The notes under the pieces: generated by a model | Seen by the model: the letters and a program-made list of their open reading frames with translations, nothing else | What the model was told of the DNA's origin: nothing | Database searches by the model: none | Made by a program: the position numbers and the translations under genes | Shown: positions 38,417 to 49,070 of the stretch, one piece after another | How positions within the stretch are numbered: position 1 is the first letter of the stretch | Layout of the letters: each line of letters opens with the position of its first letter | From: Dermatophilaceae bacterium | Lineage (GTDB): Bacteria; Actinomycetota; Actinomycetes; Actinomycetales; Dermatophilaceae | Direction: 5' to 3' | Assembly (NCBI GenBank): GCA_051657745.1 | Contig: JBOFLG010000044.1 | Span: 5,560 to 69,559 of the forward strand | DNA: 64,000 bases

Positions 38417-39106
38417 TCAGCCGGCCGCACCGAGGTCGGATGACGGCGCCTCGAGCGCCTCGGCGAGGGCCGCGAGGTAGTGCGCTCGAGGCCACTCCTG
38501 CGCGCCAAGCCCGCGGAGGTGGTCAGTCGCCCACTGCACGTCGACCAGGCGCCGCGGGTCACCGTCGAGATGGAATCGCTCGACCAACCCGACCAACGCC
38601 ACCTTCGAGGCGTCCCGCACTCGGTGGAACATCGACTCGCCGGCGAACAGGCCGCCGATACCCACGCCGTACAGGCCACCGACGAGATGCCCGTCCTGCC
38701 AGGTCTCGACGCTGTGGGCCCATCCGAGTTCGTGCAGACGGGTATAGGCGGCGGCGATGTCGTCGGTGATCCAGCGGCCATGACGACGCGGGTCAGCACA
38801 CGCCGCGACCACCTCGGCGAACACGGTGTCGACCCGAACCTCGAAGCGGCCCAGGACCTTGCGCAGCGATGGCCGGACCCGGAGACCCCCGGCCGGGATG
38901 ACGCCGCGGGGGTCCGGCGACCACCAGCCGATGGCCCCTCCCCCGCGTCGGCCCAGGCCCATGGGGAACATGCCACACCGGTAGGCCGCCAGCAGGGTCC
39001 CGGGCTCGAGGTCAGCCCCGGCCGCGACGAGATCCTGACCCGGCACCGCGGTCGCCACGTCCAGATGCCACGGTGTCGGTGGCGGCTCGACCGGTCGTGA
39101 GGCCAT
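38417..39106 (-). CDS. aat: Leucyl/phenylalanyl-tRNA--protein transferase
   Basis: GMFPMG, WWSPDPRGV, FAEVVAACA, LHELGWAHSVETW, LVGGLYGVGIGGLFAGESMFH. Confidence 0.85.
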   Translation of the reverse strand: MASRPVEPPPTPWHLDVATAVPGQDLVAAGADLEPGTLLAAYRCGMFPMGLGRRGGGAIGWWSPDPRGVIPAGGLRVRPSLRKVLGRFEVRVDTVFAEVVAACADPRRHGRWITDDIAAAYTRLHELGWAHSVETWQDGHLVGGLYGVGIGGLFAGESMFHRVRDASKVALVGLVERFHLDGDPRRLVDVQWATDHLRGLGAQEWPRAHYLAALAEALEAPSSDLGAAG

Positions 39107-39120
39107 CCGCGTGAGTGAGG

Positions 39121-40104
39121 TCAGTGCGCGGCGATGCGCACGACAGTGTCGGCGTCGGCGGCGGCGGCGTCTCCGTAGGCCGCCGCGAGGCGGTCCAGGA
39201 ACGCCGAGCGCGACACGGTGTATTCCTGAGTCCCTACCGTCTCGAGCACGTGGGCCGCGAGCACCGACCCCACCTGGGCGCAGCGTTCGTGGCCGAGCCC
39301 GCCGGACAGCCCGACCAGGAAGCCGGCCCGAAATGCGTCGCCGACGCCGGTCGGGTCGACCTGTTCGACCTCACCCGCCACCGGCACGTGAATGGGCTCT
39401 TCGCCGCGGGTGCGGATGTCAGCGCCATCCTTGCCGCGGGTGATGACCCGGGTGGTCACCCGTTCGTCGATCTCGTCCTGACTCCACCCAGTCTTGGTGG
39501 CCGTGAGGTGCGACTCGTACTCGTTGGTGAACAGATAGTCGGCGCCCTCGACGATCCGGCGGATGAACGGGCCGTCGGCAAAGGCGAGCTGCTGCGACGG
39601 GTCGGCGATGAACGGGATGCCGCGCGCCCGGCACTCCTCGGTGTGACGCAGCATCGCCTCGGGGTCGTCGGCACCGATCAGCACCAGGTCCAGACCACGA
39701 CGATCGTGGATGGGTCCGAGTTCGATCATCCGCGCCTCGGACATCGCCCCGGCGTAGAACGTGGCAATCTGCGCCATGGAGTCATCGGTGGTGCAGACGA
39801 AGCGGGCGGTGTGCCGCGACTCGCTGATGTGCACGTGATCGGTGATGACGCCATGCCGGGACAACCAACTGCGGTAGTCGGCAAAGTCCTCGCCAGCGGC
39901 ACCGACCAGCGCCGGACGCGCTCCGAGGACGGCCATGCCGAAGCAAATGTTGCCGGCCACCCCACCTCGCCGGATCTCTAAAGTCTCGGCGAGAAAACTC
40001 ACCGAGATCTTGTCGAGCTGCTCCACCACGAGAGAGTCAGCAAAACTCCCCCGGAAAGTCATCAGGTGGTCGGTGGCGATGGACCCGGCGACGGCGATCT
40101 GCAC
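39121..40104 (-). CDS. adoK: PfkB-family adenosine kinase (Rv2202c-type)
   Basis: IAVAGSIATDHLM, RRGGVAGN, DPTGVGDAFRAGFL. Closely resembles the remembered M. tuberculosis AdoK sequence, so the start is set at GTG 40104. Confidence 0.75.
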   Translation of the reverse strand: MQIAVAGSIATDHLMTFRGSFADSLVVEQLDKISVSFLAETLEIRRGGVAGNICFGMAVLGARPALVGAAGEDFADYRSWLSRHGVITDHVHISESRHTARFVCTTDDSMAQIATFYAGAMSEARMIELGPIHDRRGLDLVLIGADDPEAMLRHTEECRARGIPFIADPSQQLAFADGPFIRRIVEGADYLFTNEYESHLTATKTGWSQDEIDERVTTRVITRGKDGADIRTRGEEPIHVPVAGEVEQVDPTGVGDAFRAGFLVGLSGGLGHERCAQVGSVLAAHVLETVGTQEYTVSRSAFLDRLAAAYGDAAAADADTVVRIAAH

Positions 40105-40223
40105 ACCCGGAAACCTACATCCGCCGGATGTGACCCCGACGGCACCCCCCGCCAACACCGAGAACCCGACCCGTGGCCGTGATGGCGACGTGCGCGAGTT
40201 GGCGGCGCACCGCTGAGGCTGGC

Positions 40224-40601
40224 TCAGCCGAAACTGTCGCCACAGGCACAGGAACTGCCGGCGTTGGGGTTGTCAATCGTGAAGCCCTGCTTTTCGATGG
40301 TGTCCGAGAAGTCGATGGTCGCACCGTCGAGGTACGGCGCACTCATCCGGTCGACCACGACCTCGACACCGTCGTAGCCCCGCACCAGATCTCCATCCAG
40401 GGTGCGCTCGTCGAAGTACAACTGGTAGATCAGGCCGGAGCAACCACCGGGCTGCACCCCGACTCGGAGGCGGAGGTCGTCGCGGCCTTCCTGGGCGAGC
40501 AGCGACGCGACTTTGGTGGACGCCACGTCGGTCAGCACGACGCCGTGAGCCGGCGTCTCGACCTCCGAGGGGGGTGCGGTGGTCTGAAGCTGGTCGCTCA
40601 T
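40224..40601 (-). CDS. erpA: HesB/IscA-family iron-sulfur cluster insertion protein
   Basis: LRVGVQPGGCSGLIYQLYFD and C-terminal CACGDSFG. Confidence 0.8.
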   Translation of the reverse strand: MSDQLQTTAPPSEVETPAHGVVLTDVASTKVASLLAQEGRDDLRLRVGVQPGGCSGLIYQLYFDERTLDGDLVRGYDGVEVVVDRMSAPYLDGATIDFSDTIEKQGFTIDNPNAGSSCACGDSFG

Positions 40602-40780
40602 GGAGGGGTCTCCTCGTGGTCGGTACCGCTGAACAGGGTGGTCAACCGCACGACCGGCCGACCTGTTCCCCAGGCTGCCTCCACGATACGTCCTTGGCCG
40701 GCCAGCGCGGCGTTCCGGTCACGGCCCGGCACGATCGGGCCCACGCTGGGCGGCCAGGGGTCACCTGGCGCCGGCCGCGC

Positions 40781-41950
40781 TCACCCGATGTCGCGCGTCG
40801 GCGACCAGGTTCGGGCGACCCGAGCGGCACGCGACCGCAGGGTCGACACCGGGTCGGCGACCATGGCCTCCAGGTCTTCTGGATGCTCAACCACGGCGTA
40901 GGCCCCGGCCAGACCGAGCGCCATCGTCTCCCGCCGCCCTACCTGGCACTCCCCGGCGAGCAGGACCGTCGGCCGGCCCGTCTCGAGCGTTGCCTCGGCA
41001 ACGCCGGCAACCACCGACCCACGCATCGTCGACCAGTCGACCAGCCCGGTCCCGGTCACCACCAGGTCGCTGCGCGCCGCGAGCTCGCTGAAGCGGCAGG
41101 CGCGCAGGATCTGCGCCACAGCGCTCACCCGCCGAGCCCCGAGCGCAAGGAGCCCGTAACCGAGTCCGCCCGCTGCCCCGGCGCCGGGCTGCCGGTCGAG
41201 ACGCTGCGGCACCCCGGTGAGGAGGTCGGTGGGCGAGATCGGCAACGCCCGCCCGACAAGTTCGGTGAACCGTCCGAGTGCGGCCTCCAGACCCTGGGCC
41301 TGTTCCGGGGTGGCGCCTTTGGGTGGGGCGTCAACGGCACTGGTTCCGGACAAGCCGAGCAACGGCGTGTCATCGTCGGTGGCCAGCAGGATCTCGGTCT
41401 GCGCGAACCGGTCTGCCGTCGCGACCAGCCCGAGTACCGCGTCGTCCGGGGCGTGCCGCAGCACCAGGCCACCGCGTGCCAAGGCGGATGCCGGACCCGC
41501 GCCGAGTGCGGCCAGCATGCCTGCCCCGGCGTCATTCGTGGCGCCTCCACCAACTCCGACGACAATCCGCGTAGGACGTGCGGCGAGCGCAGTCTCCAGC
41601 AGTTGCCCGACTCCCCAGGTGCTGGTCAGGGTGGGGTCACGCTCGTCGGCACCGAGGAGGTGTAGCCCGACGGCCTGGGCTGCCTCGACATAGGCGATGC
41701 GCGGCTCCCCGGAGACCAGCACCGCCGCCGGAACCTGGCGGCCTAGTGGGTCGCTGACGGTGCTGGCCACGGTGGTGCCGCCGATGGCGCGCTGGAGTAC
41801 GTCGAGAAATCCTGGGCCGCCGCCGGACAGCGGCAACGGCACCACCTCATCGTGCGGCGCACCGAGCGACCACCCCTCGGCCATTGCGGCGGCTGCCTGC
41901 GACGCACCGAGGGTCGAGCCGAACGCGTCGGTCGCGATGAGCACACGCAC
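40781..41950 (-). CDS. glxK: Glycerate kinase
   Basis: MRVLIATDAFGSTL, PLSGGGPGF, VGVGGGATNDAGAGML, DLVVTGTG. Confidence 0.8.
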   Translation of the reverse strand: MRVLIATDAFGSTLGASQAAAAMAEGWSLGAPHDEVVPLPLSGGGPGFLDVLQRAIGGTTVASTVSDPLGRQVPAAVLVSGEPRIAYVEAAQAVGLHLLGADERDPTLTSTWGVGQLLETALAARPTRIVVGVGGGATNDAGAGMLAALGAGPASALARGGLVLRHAPDDAVLGLVATADRFAQTEILLATDDDTPLLGLSGTSAVDAPPKGATPEQAQGLEAALGRFTELVGRALPISPTDLLTGVPQRLDRQPGAGAAGGLGYGLLALGARRVSAVAQILRACRFSELAARSDLVVTGTGLVDWSTMRGSVVAGVAEATLETGRPTVLLAGECQVGRRETMALGLAGAYAVVEHPEDLEAMVADPVSTLRSRAARVARTWSPTRDIG

Positions 41951-42041
41951 TCCGCGAGGCTACCGGCAGCGGACCGGGTGTCGGCTGCCGCGGATCGTCA
42001 TGCCTGCGAGACGTGGATCAGCGACGACCTACCATCGAGAG

Positions 42042-43238
42042 GTGACCACCACCGCCGACGCACCACGGCACGCACCGCTTCCTCTCCTCGTGCTCGGGCA
42101 CGGGCGCGACCTCGCCAGTGAACGGGGGGTGGAATGCCCCGGCGACCTTCCCGCGCCATCCGACTCGGACCTGGTCGAGCGGGCCCGGGCGGCCCGGGCG
42201 GCGCTCGGCCACCGAGCGTTCGTGCTTGGCCATCACTACCAGCGCGACGAGGTGATTGCGTTTGCCGATGTCACCGGAGACTCGTTCAAACTTGCCCGTG
42301 ATGCGGCGGCCCGGCCGGATGCCGAGTTCGTCGTGTTCTGTGGGGTGCACTTCATGGCCGAGTCGGCTGACATCCTCACCGCCACCAACCAGACCGTGGT
42401 GCTCCCCGATCTTGCCGCCGGGTGCTCGATGGCCGATATGGCCGCGATCGACCAGGTCGAGGAATGCTGGGACGACCTCGTTGAGGCCGGCGTGGCCGAC
42501 GCCACGGTGCCGGTCACGTACATGAACTCGTCAGCGGCGATCAAGGCGTTCACCGGTCGGCACGGCGGCACGGTGTGCACATCATCCAATGCCCGGACCG
42601 CGCTGACCTGGGCGCTGGAACGGGCCGGTGCCGGCGGGAAGGTGCTGTTCCTGCCCGACCAGCACCTGGGCCGCAACACCTACGCTCGCGACCTCGGTGG
42701 GGCACTTGGTGACTGTGTCGTCTGGGACCCGCACCGGCCGATGGGCGGGCTGACCGTTGACGAGCTGCGCGCAGCGACGATGGTGCTGTGGCGCGGGCAC
42801 TGTTCGGTGCACGGCCGCTTCACCGTCGACGCGGTCGAAGCGGCCCGCCGCACCGTGCCGGGCATCAAGGTCATCGTGCACCCCGAGTGCCGCAACGAGG
42901 TGGTCGAGCTCGCCGACGAGGTGGGCTCCACGGAGAGAATCATCCGCACCATCGCGGCCGCCCCGGCCGGCGCCGCCTGGGCGGTCGGCACCGAGCTCAA
43001 TCTGGTGCGGCGCCTCGCCGCGGAGCACCCGGACCAGCGGATCGTGTTCTTGGAGAAGAACGTCTGCTACTGCTCGACGATGAACCGCATCGACCTGCCA
43101 CACCTGGTCTGGGCGCTGGAATCACTGGTCGATGGGCGCGTGGTCAACGCGATTCGGGTCGAACCCGAGGTGGCCCATTGGGCCCGGGTCGCTCTCGACC
43201 AGATGCTCGCCCTCCCCGGCGAAACCGCGAAGGACTGA
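42042..43238 (+). CDS. nadA: Quinolinate synthase
   Basis: VLGHHYQRDEV, CGVHFMAESADIL, PDLAAGCSMADM, VTYMNSSAAIKA, VHPEC. GTG 42042 follows GAGAGG. Confidence 0.85.
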   Translation: MTTTADAPRHAPLPLLVLGHGRDLASERGVECPGDLPAPSDSDLVERARAARAALGHRAFVLGHHYQRDEVIAFADVTGDSFKLARDAAARPDAEFVVFCGVHFMAESADILTATNQTVVLPDLAAGCSMADMAAIDQVEECWDDLVEAGVADATVPVTYMNSSAAIKAFTGRHGGTVCTSSNARTALTWALERAGAGGKVLFLPDQHLGRNTYARDLGGALGDCVVWDPHRPMGGLTVDELRAATMVLWRGHCSVHGRFTVDAVEAARRTVPGIKVIVHPECRNEVVELADEVGSTERIIRTIAAAPAGAAWAVGTELNLVRRLAAEHPDQRIVFLEKNVCYCSTMNRIDLPHLVWALESLVDGRVVNAIRVEPEVAHWARVALDQMLALPGETAKD

Positions 43239-43267
43239 GCCCACTGCGCGCAGTGCCGGGCCTGCCG

Positions 43268-44629
43268 CTACCGATCCATCCTGCCCAACCGGGCCAGCAG
43301 TGACGCCTCGGCGACGCACACCTTCTCGAACTCACCCAGGTGCAGCGACTCGTTGGCCCCGTGGGCCCGTGAGTCGGGGTCCTCGACGCCGGTGACGAGG
43401 ATGGCGGCATCCGGGAACCGCTCCGCGAACGAGGCCACGAACGGAATCGACCCGCCCACGCCGATGTCGACCGGCGGGACACCCCACGCATCGGCGAACG
43501 CGGCACGGGCCTCGTCGTACACCGGTCCGGTGGCGTCCGCGGCGAAGCCGTTGCCGCGCTCCTCGAGCGTCACCTCGACCCGTGCTCCCCAGGGCGCCCG
43601 ATCGAGCAGGTGGTCGCGGACCAGTGCGAACGCGTCGAGGTCATGCTCCTCGGGCGCCAGCCGCACGGACACCTTGGCGGATGCCGTCGGCACCAGCGTG
43701 TTCGACGCGGTGGTCACCGCCGGGGCGTCGATACCGATCGTCGTGATCGACGGCCGGGTCCACAACCGGGACAGGATCGAGCCGGTGCCGATCAGGCCGA
43801 CACCGTCGAGCAGGCCGGACTCGGCGCGCAGCCGCGCCTCGTCGTAGTCGAGATCGGCGGCCTCCCCCGCCGTCAGTCCGGCCACGGCGACGTCGCCGTC
43901 GTCGTCGTGCAGGGAGGCGAGCAGCCGCACCAAGGCGGTGAGCGCATCCGGCACCGCTCCCCCGAACATGCCCGAGTGCACGCCGTGGTCGAGGGTGCGT
44001 ACCGTGACCACGACTCGGACCATGCCGCGCAGCGTGGTCGTGAGCGCCGGCGCCCCGACCGCCCAGTTGGTGGAATCGGCGAGCACGATGGCATCCGCCC
44101 GGAGCGCGTCCGCGTGCCGCTCGAGGATTGCCGGCAGCGAATCCGAGCCGATCTCCTCCTCCCCTTCGACGAACACCGTGACCCCGACGGGCAGCGCGCC
44201 CGCATGCACCCGGAGCGCGGCGACGTGCGCCATGATGCCGGCTTTGTCATCGGCGGCACCCCGGCCGTACAGCCGCCCGGCACGCTCGGTGGGTTCGAAT
44301 GGCGCACTGTCCCAGTCGGTGTGCTCGCCCGGAGGCTGCACATCGTGGTGCGCATACAGCAGGACCGTGGGCGACCCCGGCGGGCCGTCGGCGTGGCCGA
44401 TCACGGCTGGCCGGCCACCCTCGCGAACGATCTCCACATCGAGGCCCTCGGCCCGCAGCAGGGTGGCGGTGGCCTCGGCGCTGTCCTCGACGTGACGCTG
44501 GTCGAACGCGTCGAGCGACACGCTGGGGATCCGAGTCAGCTCCTCGAGGTCGGCGCGCACCGTGGGCATCAGGGCGCGGACCCTGGACCGGATGCCGTGC
44601 AGCTCGGAGATCGCAGAGGTGTCGGTCAC
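43268..44629 (-). CDS. M20-family dipeptidase/peptidase
   Basis: LLYAHHDVQP, YGRGAADDKAG, FVEGEEEIGS. Start GTG 44629 (VTDTSAISEL). Confidence 0.8.
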   Translation of the reverse strand: MTDTSAISELHGIRSRVRALMPTVRADLEELTRIPSVSLDAFDQRHVEDSAEATATLLRAEGLDVEIVREGGRPAVIGHADGPPGSPTVLLYAHHDVQPPGEHTDWDSAPFEPTERAGRLYGRGAADDKAGIMAHVAALRVHAGALPVGVTVFVEGEEEIGSDSLPAILERHADALRADAIVLADSTNWAVGAPALTTTLRGMVRVVVTVRTLDHGVHSGMFGGAVPDALTALVRLLASLHDDDGDVAVAGLTAGEAADLDYDEARLRAESGLLDGVGLIGTGSILSRLWTRPSITTIGIDAPAVTTASNTLVPTASAKVSVRLAPEEHDLDAFALVRDHLLDRAPWGARVEVTLEERGNGFAADATGPVYDEARAAFADAWGVPPVDIGVGGSIPFVASFAERFPDAAILVTGVEDPDSRAHGANESLHLGEFEKVCVAEASLLARLGRMDR

Positions 44630-44747
44630 CCGTACCAACCTACCGACGCGGATGCCGCGGTGCTGGGCGGCCGACACCGCGGCATCCGCGCGCTCACCGG
44701 GCCTGGGACTGGCGGGACGCGACTCGAGGTCCGCCTAGCATGGTGGG

Positions 44748-45326
44748 GTGTTCGGACGCAGCAAGACCACTGAGCAGGCCGCCGAGGAGGCGCCCCCGCA
44801 CCGCGAGGGTGCGAAGAACCGGCCGACCCCGAGACGTCGCGACCAGGAGGCCGCCCGGCGGCAACCGCTCGTCGTGGCCGACCGGAAGAAGGCCCGCGAC
44901 CTCGACCGGCAACGCCGCCGCGAGCAGATGGCCCGCACCCGCCAGGCCATGATCACTGGTGACGAGTCCGGTCTGCCGCCCCGCGACAAGGGTCCGGTGC
45001 GCCGATACATCCGCGACTATGTCGATGCCCGGCGCAACCTCGCCGAGATCATGCTGCCGGTGATGTTGGTGGTCCTTGCGCTGAGTTTCGTGCGCACCGG
45101 GTCGATGCTCCTGCTGGTCACGGTGCTGACCTATACGGTGCTGTTCCTCGCCGCGGTGGACACCGTCATCATGTGGCGACGGTGCCGCGCGGCACTGATC
45201 AAGAAGTTCGGCGACGAGGCCGCTCGGGCCCGGGGCAACGGGATGTACGCCGCGATGCGCGCCTTTCAGTTCCGCCGCTCCCGGATGCCTCGGGCGCTGG
45301 TGAACCGGGGCCAGTACCCGCGCTGA
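44748..45326 (+). CDS. DUF3043 domain membrane protein
   Basis: Basic N-terminus GRSKTTEQAAEE...KNRPTPRRRDQEAARR, then VRRYIRDYVDARRNLAE and two TM helices. Confidence 0.75.
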   Translation: MFGRSKTTEQAAEEAPPHREGAKNRPTPRRRDQEAARRQPLVVADRKKARDLDRQRRREQMARTRQAMITGDESGLPPRDKGPVRRYIRDYVDARRNLAEIMLPVMLVVLALSFVRTGSMLLLVTVLTYTVLFLAAVDTVIMWRRCRAALIKKFGDEAARARGNGMYAAMRAFQFRRSRMPRALVNRGQYPR

Positions 45327-45354
45327 CGCTCACCCCCGGGGCACCGACCCGGCG

Positions 45355-45570
45355 CTACGGCGCCGGGTCCAGGCTCATCGGGCCGTACACCACCGCACCA
45401 TTGCGGAGCAGAGTCACCGAGGCGACCCCGGCGTCAGCGAGGTCGCGCCACACCTCCCCGAACCAGCTCTCGGCGTCGCCCTGGGTCGGGAAGGCGGTGT
45501 CGCTGGTGGGTGGCCCGGTCATCGACGCACCATCACCATCGGCGTAGGTCCAGGACCAGCGCTCAATCAC
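45355..45570 (-). CDS. Small hypothetical protein translationally coupled to gcvT
   Basis: 71 aa. GTGA overlap with the gcvT stop. High GC3. No recognisable motif. Confidence 0.4.
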   Translation of the reverse strand: MIERWSWTYADGDGASMTGPPTSDTAFPTQGDAESWFGEVWRDLADAGVASVTLLRNGAVVYGPMSLDPAP

Positions 45571-46670
45571 GGTTCACGCACCTCGGTTGTGACGAATGGC
45601 GGCGTGGTGACCATCGCGGTCACCACGCGTCCTCGGACATCGACGACCACCTCGTCGCCGACCGTGACGGTTCGGTCGAGCAACGCCAGAGCAATCCCCT
45701 GGCGAAGCGTGGGCGAGAACGTGCCCGACGTTACCTCGCCGACGACTCGCCCGGCGGCATCCGAGACGACGCACTGGGCGCGCGGGATGCCGCGACCGGA
45801 GACCAGGAGTCCGCGGATCACTCGGGACTCCGCCGCCGCCCGCTGGGCGGTGAGCGCCGATTTGCCCCAGAAGGCAGGCTTGTCCCAGCCGACCGCCCAG
45901 GACGCCCGCGCCATCACCGGGGTGATGGCGAGCGACAGGTCGTTGCCGTGCAGTGGGTACCCCATCTCGGTGCGCAACGTGTCCCGGGCGCCGAGCCCAG
46001 CCGGCCGGCCACCCTCGGCGGCGACCGCGTCCGCCGCGGCATGCCACAGGGCGTCGGTGACATCCCACGCCGGGATCAACTCATAGCCCCGCTCGCCGGT
46101 GTAGCCGGTGCGGCAGACACTGACCGGCGCTCCCTCCCACTGGGCCTCGACGAAGCTCAGGTACGGGTGGTCGGCGGGTAGCCCGAGCCGGCGGAGCACC
46201 TCGTCGGATCGCGGCCCCTGCACAGCGAGCACGCCGTAGCGGTGATGGAGCCCCTCGACCCTGATGCCCGCTGGGGCCGCGGCCGCGAGCAGCTCGACCA
46301 CCCGGGCGGTGTTGGCGGCGTTGGGAACCAGAAACACATCGTCGTCGGCGCGCAGGTACTGGATGAGGTCATCGACGACGCCACCGCTCTCGGTGCAGCA
46401 CATCGTGTACTGGGCCTGTCCCGGGCCGATTCGGCGTAGGTCGTTGGTCAGGCACGAATTGACGAACTCGGCTGCGCCTGAACCGGAGACGCGGGCCTTG
46501 CCGAGGTGCGACACATCGAACAGGCCGACTCGCTCGCGGGTAGCGGTGTGCTCGGCGACCACCCCGCCGCCGGAGTACTCGATCGGCATCCTCCAGCCGC
46601 CGAAGTCGGCCATCCGGGCGCCGAGCGCCACGTGCCGATCGTGCAGTGGCGAGTGATGCGAACCGAACAT
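45567..46670 (-). CDS. gcvT: Glycine cleavage system aminomethyltransferase (T protein)
   Basis: [47 protein letters not shown]. Start ATG 46670. Confidence 0.9.
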   Translation of the reverse strand: MFGSHHSPLHDRHVALGARMADFGGWRMPIEYSGGGVVAEHTATRERVGLFDVSHLGKARVSGSGAAEFVNSCLTNDLRRIGPGQAQYTMCCTESGGVVDDLIQYLRADDDVFLVPNAANTARVVELLAAAAPAGIRVEGLHHRYGVLAVQGPRSDEVLRRLGLPADHPYLSFVEAQWEGAPVSVCRTGYTGERGYELIPAWDVTDALWHAAADAVAAEGGRPAGLGARDTLRTEMGYPLHGNDLSLAITPVMARASWAVGWDKPAFWGKSALTAQRAAAESRVIRGLLVSGRGIPRAQCVVSDAAGRVVGEVTSGTFSPTLRQGIALALLDRTVTVGDEVVVDVRGRVVTAMVTTPPFVTTEVREP

Positions 46671-46724
46671 GACCGGCACGCTACCGGTCAACGTGCCGAC
46701 CCGTCGGTGACTACTCTGCCGAGC

Positions 46725-48272
46725 ATGACCACAGTCACCGTGACCACCCGCCCCGCCGCTGAGCTCGCCGTCGATACGCTCGTGGTGGGCGCAGTCACCT
46801 CGGGGACGCGCGCCGACCTCGCGCCGGGGCATGGGCTACCGCGCACCGCGGTCGCGCACCTGAAGACGGCGCTCGCCGACCTCGAGGCCACCGGCGCGAT
46901 CGATGAGGTCCATCGGATCGTCGCGGTGCCTGGAGTGACGGCGACCTCGGTGGTCGTGACCGGGCTTGGCTCGGCCGCATCATCGGATGGCGTGGCGCCG
47001 GAGCAACTGCGGCGGGCCGCCGGTGTGGCACTCCGGTCCGTGCGGGCGAAGAAGGCAGTCGGAGTAGCCCTCCCGACACCCGACCTGACCCGCTTGGCTG
47101 CGGTTGCCGACGGCGCTATCGGCGGGTGCTACGCCTACGACAAAGAGATCTCGATTGGCACCGGGCGGCGCAGCGGGCGCACCGGCACCCCGCCGGTCGG
47201 CCGCACACCGCGGAAGGCCAGCGGCCCACGCGTGGTGGTGGTCAGTGGTAGCGGGCAGGGCCGGGCGGCAAAGGACGCCGTCGCTCGGGCCACCGTGATT
47301 GGCGCGGCGCGCGACTGGGCGCGCACCCTGGTCAACACCCCGCCGAACCTGCTGTACCCGCAGTCGTTCGCCGACGCCGTCACCGAGAAGGTGGCCGCCT
47401 CCGCCGCGACGATCTCCGTGTCGGTCCTCGACGAGAAGGCGCTCCGCACGGGCGGCTTCGGCGGGATCATCGGAGTCGGTCAGGGCTCGGTGCGACCGCC
47501 GCGGATTGTGACGATGACCTGGGCACCGACCGGCGCCGCGTCATCCGTGGCCCTGGTCGGCAAGGGCATCACCTTCGACTCCGGCGGACTCAACATCAAG
47601 ACCGCGGCCGGCATGGTCACGATGAAGTGCGATATGGCCGGTGCGGCGGCGGTCGCGGGCGCAGTGCTCGCGGTGGCCGAGCTCGGGCTACCGGTCACGG
47701 TCACCGGCTACCTCTGTCTCGCCGAGAACATGCCGAGCGGTACGGCGCAGCGACCGAGTGACGTCGTGGTCATGCGGGACGGCACGAGCGTGGAGATCCT
47801 CGATACGGATGCCGAAGGTCGAATGGTGCTCGGTGACGGCATCTGCCTGGCCGCCGAGAAACAGCCCGACGTCATCATCGACATCGCGACGCTCACCGGC
47901 GCCCAGGTCGTGGCCCTGGGTGCTGACGTCGCCGGCGTGATGGCCAACGACGACGACCTGCGGGCCGACGTGGTGCGGGCCGCGGATGCCGCCGGCGAGC
48001 CGGCCTGGCCGATGCCGTTGCCTCCGGAACTGCGCGCGAAACTCGACACCCCAACAGCCGACATCGCACACAAGGGCGACCGGGACGGTGGCATGCTCAC
48101 CGCCGGGCTGTTTCTCAGCGAGTTCGTCCCCGACGGGATCAGTTGGGCACACCTGGACATCGCCGGCCCGGCATTCAACGACAAGGGGCCGAAGGGCGGC
48201 ATCCCCAAAGGCGGTACCGGCTACGGCGTGGCCACCCTGGTCAGCGTGGTCGAAGGACGCACCGGCAGGTGA
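46725..48272 (+). CDS. pepA: Leucyl aminopeptidase (M17)
   Basis: [34 protein letters not shown]. Confidence 0.85.
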   Translation: MTTVTVTTRPAAELAVDTLVVGAVTSGTRADLAPGHGLPRTAVAHLKTALADLEATGAIDEVHRIVAVPGVTATSVVVTGLGSAASSDGVAPEQLRRAAGVALRSVRAKKAVGVALPTPDLTRLAAVADGAIGGCYAYDKEISIGTGRRSGRTGTPPVGRTPRKASGPRVVVVSGSGQGRAAKDAVARATVIGAARDWARTLVNTPPNLLYPQSFADAVTEKVAASAATISVSVLDEKALRTGGFGGIIGVGQGSVRPPRIVTMTWAPTGAASSVALVGKGITFDSGGLNIKTAAGMVTMKCDMAGAAAVAGAVLAVAELGLPVTVTGYLCLAENMPSGTAQRPSDVVVMRDGTSVEILDTDAEGRMVLGDGICLAAEKQPDVIIDIATLTGAQVVALGADVAGVMANDDDLRADVVRAADAAGEPAWPMPLPPELRAKLDTPTADIAHKGDRDGGMLTAGLFLSEFVPDGISWAHLDIAGPAFNDKGPKGGIPKGGTGYGVATLVSVVEGRTGR

Positions 48273-48467
48273 TCAGCCGCCGCTCTTGCGACGGAACATC
48301 TGCTGGGTGGCCCTGGCTTCAGGCCCGTGGACCCCGCCTGCCTTCGACCGCTCGGATCGGCCCGACGGGTCGGCCCCACCGTGCGACTGTTTACGGTCCA
48401 ACGCCTCGCGGAACCTTTGCTGGACATCGTCAGATGCGGGTTGCCGGCGCTTCCTCGTCGATGACAT
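48273..48467 (-). CDS. DUF5302-like small basic protein
   Basis: 64 aa reading FREALDRKQSHGG...GGVHGPEA...FRRKSGG. GGAAGGA SD before ATG 48467. Confidence 0.55.
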   Translation of the reverse strand: MSSTRKRRQPASDDVQQRFREALDRKQSHGGADPSGRSERSKAGGVHGPEARATQQMFRRKSGG

Positions 48468-48550
48468 GTGTCGTCCTTCCGTTTCGTCGATCAGGCTGGT
48501 CAGCGCCACCGTGGCAGGAGCCCAGGGCGATCTTCCCCCGGGCGTGCGGG

Positions 48551-48874
48551 TTACCCACCGCCGCCGCGCCGTTGCCGGGCGGTCCACTCCCGCATCCGGG
48601 CCGGATAGCCGGTGCGGTTCACGTCGTAGACCGGGATGCCGAGCGCGCGGGCGACCTCGAACGCTTCCGGCCGCGAGGGGAGCGCCCGGCGGGTCCATTC
48701 ACCATCGTGGGCGATGAGCACCACCGTGGTCGCGGTGACGTTCGTGGCTGGTTCGACGTACGCCTCGACTCCCCGATGACTGCCGATGAAACCGGCCAGA
48801 TGGGCACGCGCCACCGTGAGGTCGCTGCCCACCTGCGGGGAAGATCGCGCCGTGCGTCGGCTCCACCAGGCCAT
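48551..48874 (-). CDS. Hypothetical protein (107 aa)
   Basis: High GC3. Reads VVLIAHDGEWTRR...LGIPVYDVNRTGYPARMREW. Only the C-terminal part of track ORF 48551..49393 looks genuine. Confidence 0.4.
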   Translation of the reverse strand: MAWWSRRTARSSPQVGSDLTVARAHLAGFIGSHRGVEAYVEPATNVTATTVVLIAHDGEWTRRALPSRPEAFEVARALGIPVYDVNRTGYPARMREWTARQRRGGGG

Positions 48875-49070
48875 CACCACACGATAAGGGCAGTGGGGGT
48901 CCGACCCGGACAGCCGGGACCAAAGGATACGGTCGGGTGATCTATGTCGATGCGGTCGGCACGGTACTCCCGGCGCGGCCACGCAGCCGATGGCACCTAC
49001 GCGCGTGAGGCGCGTGCCGCACGTCACTAGAGTGGAACGCGCCAGCGCCCGACGAAGGAGAGCACCACCG

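Noticed and set aside
46671-46724. Glycine riboswitch upstream of gcvT
   Set aside because: The divergent gcvT-pepA spacer is only about 54 nt. That is far too short for a glycine riboswitch aptamer plus expression platform.
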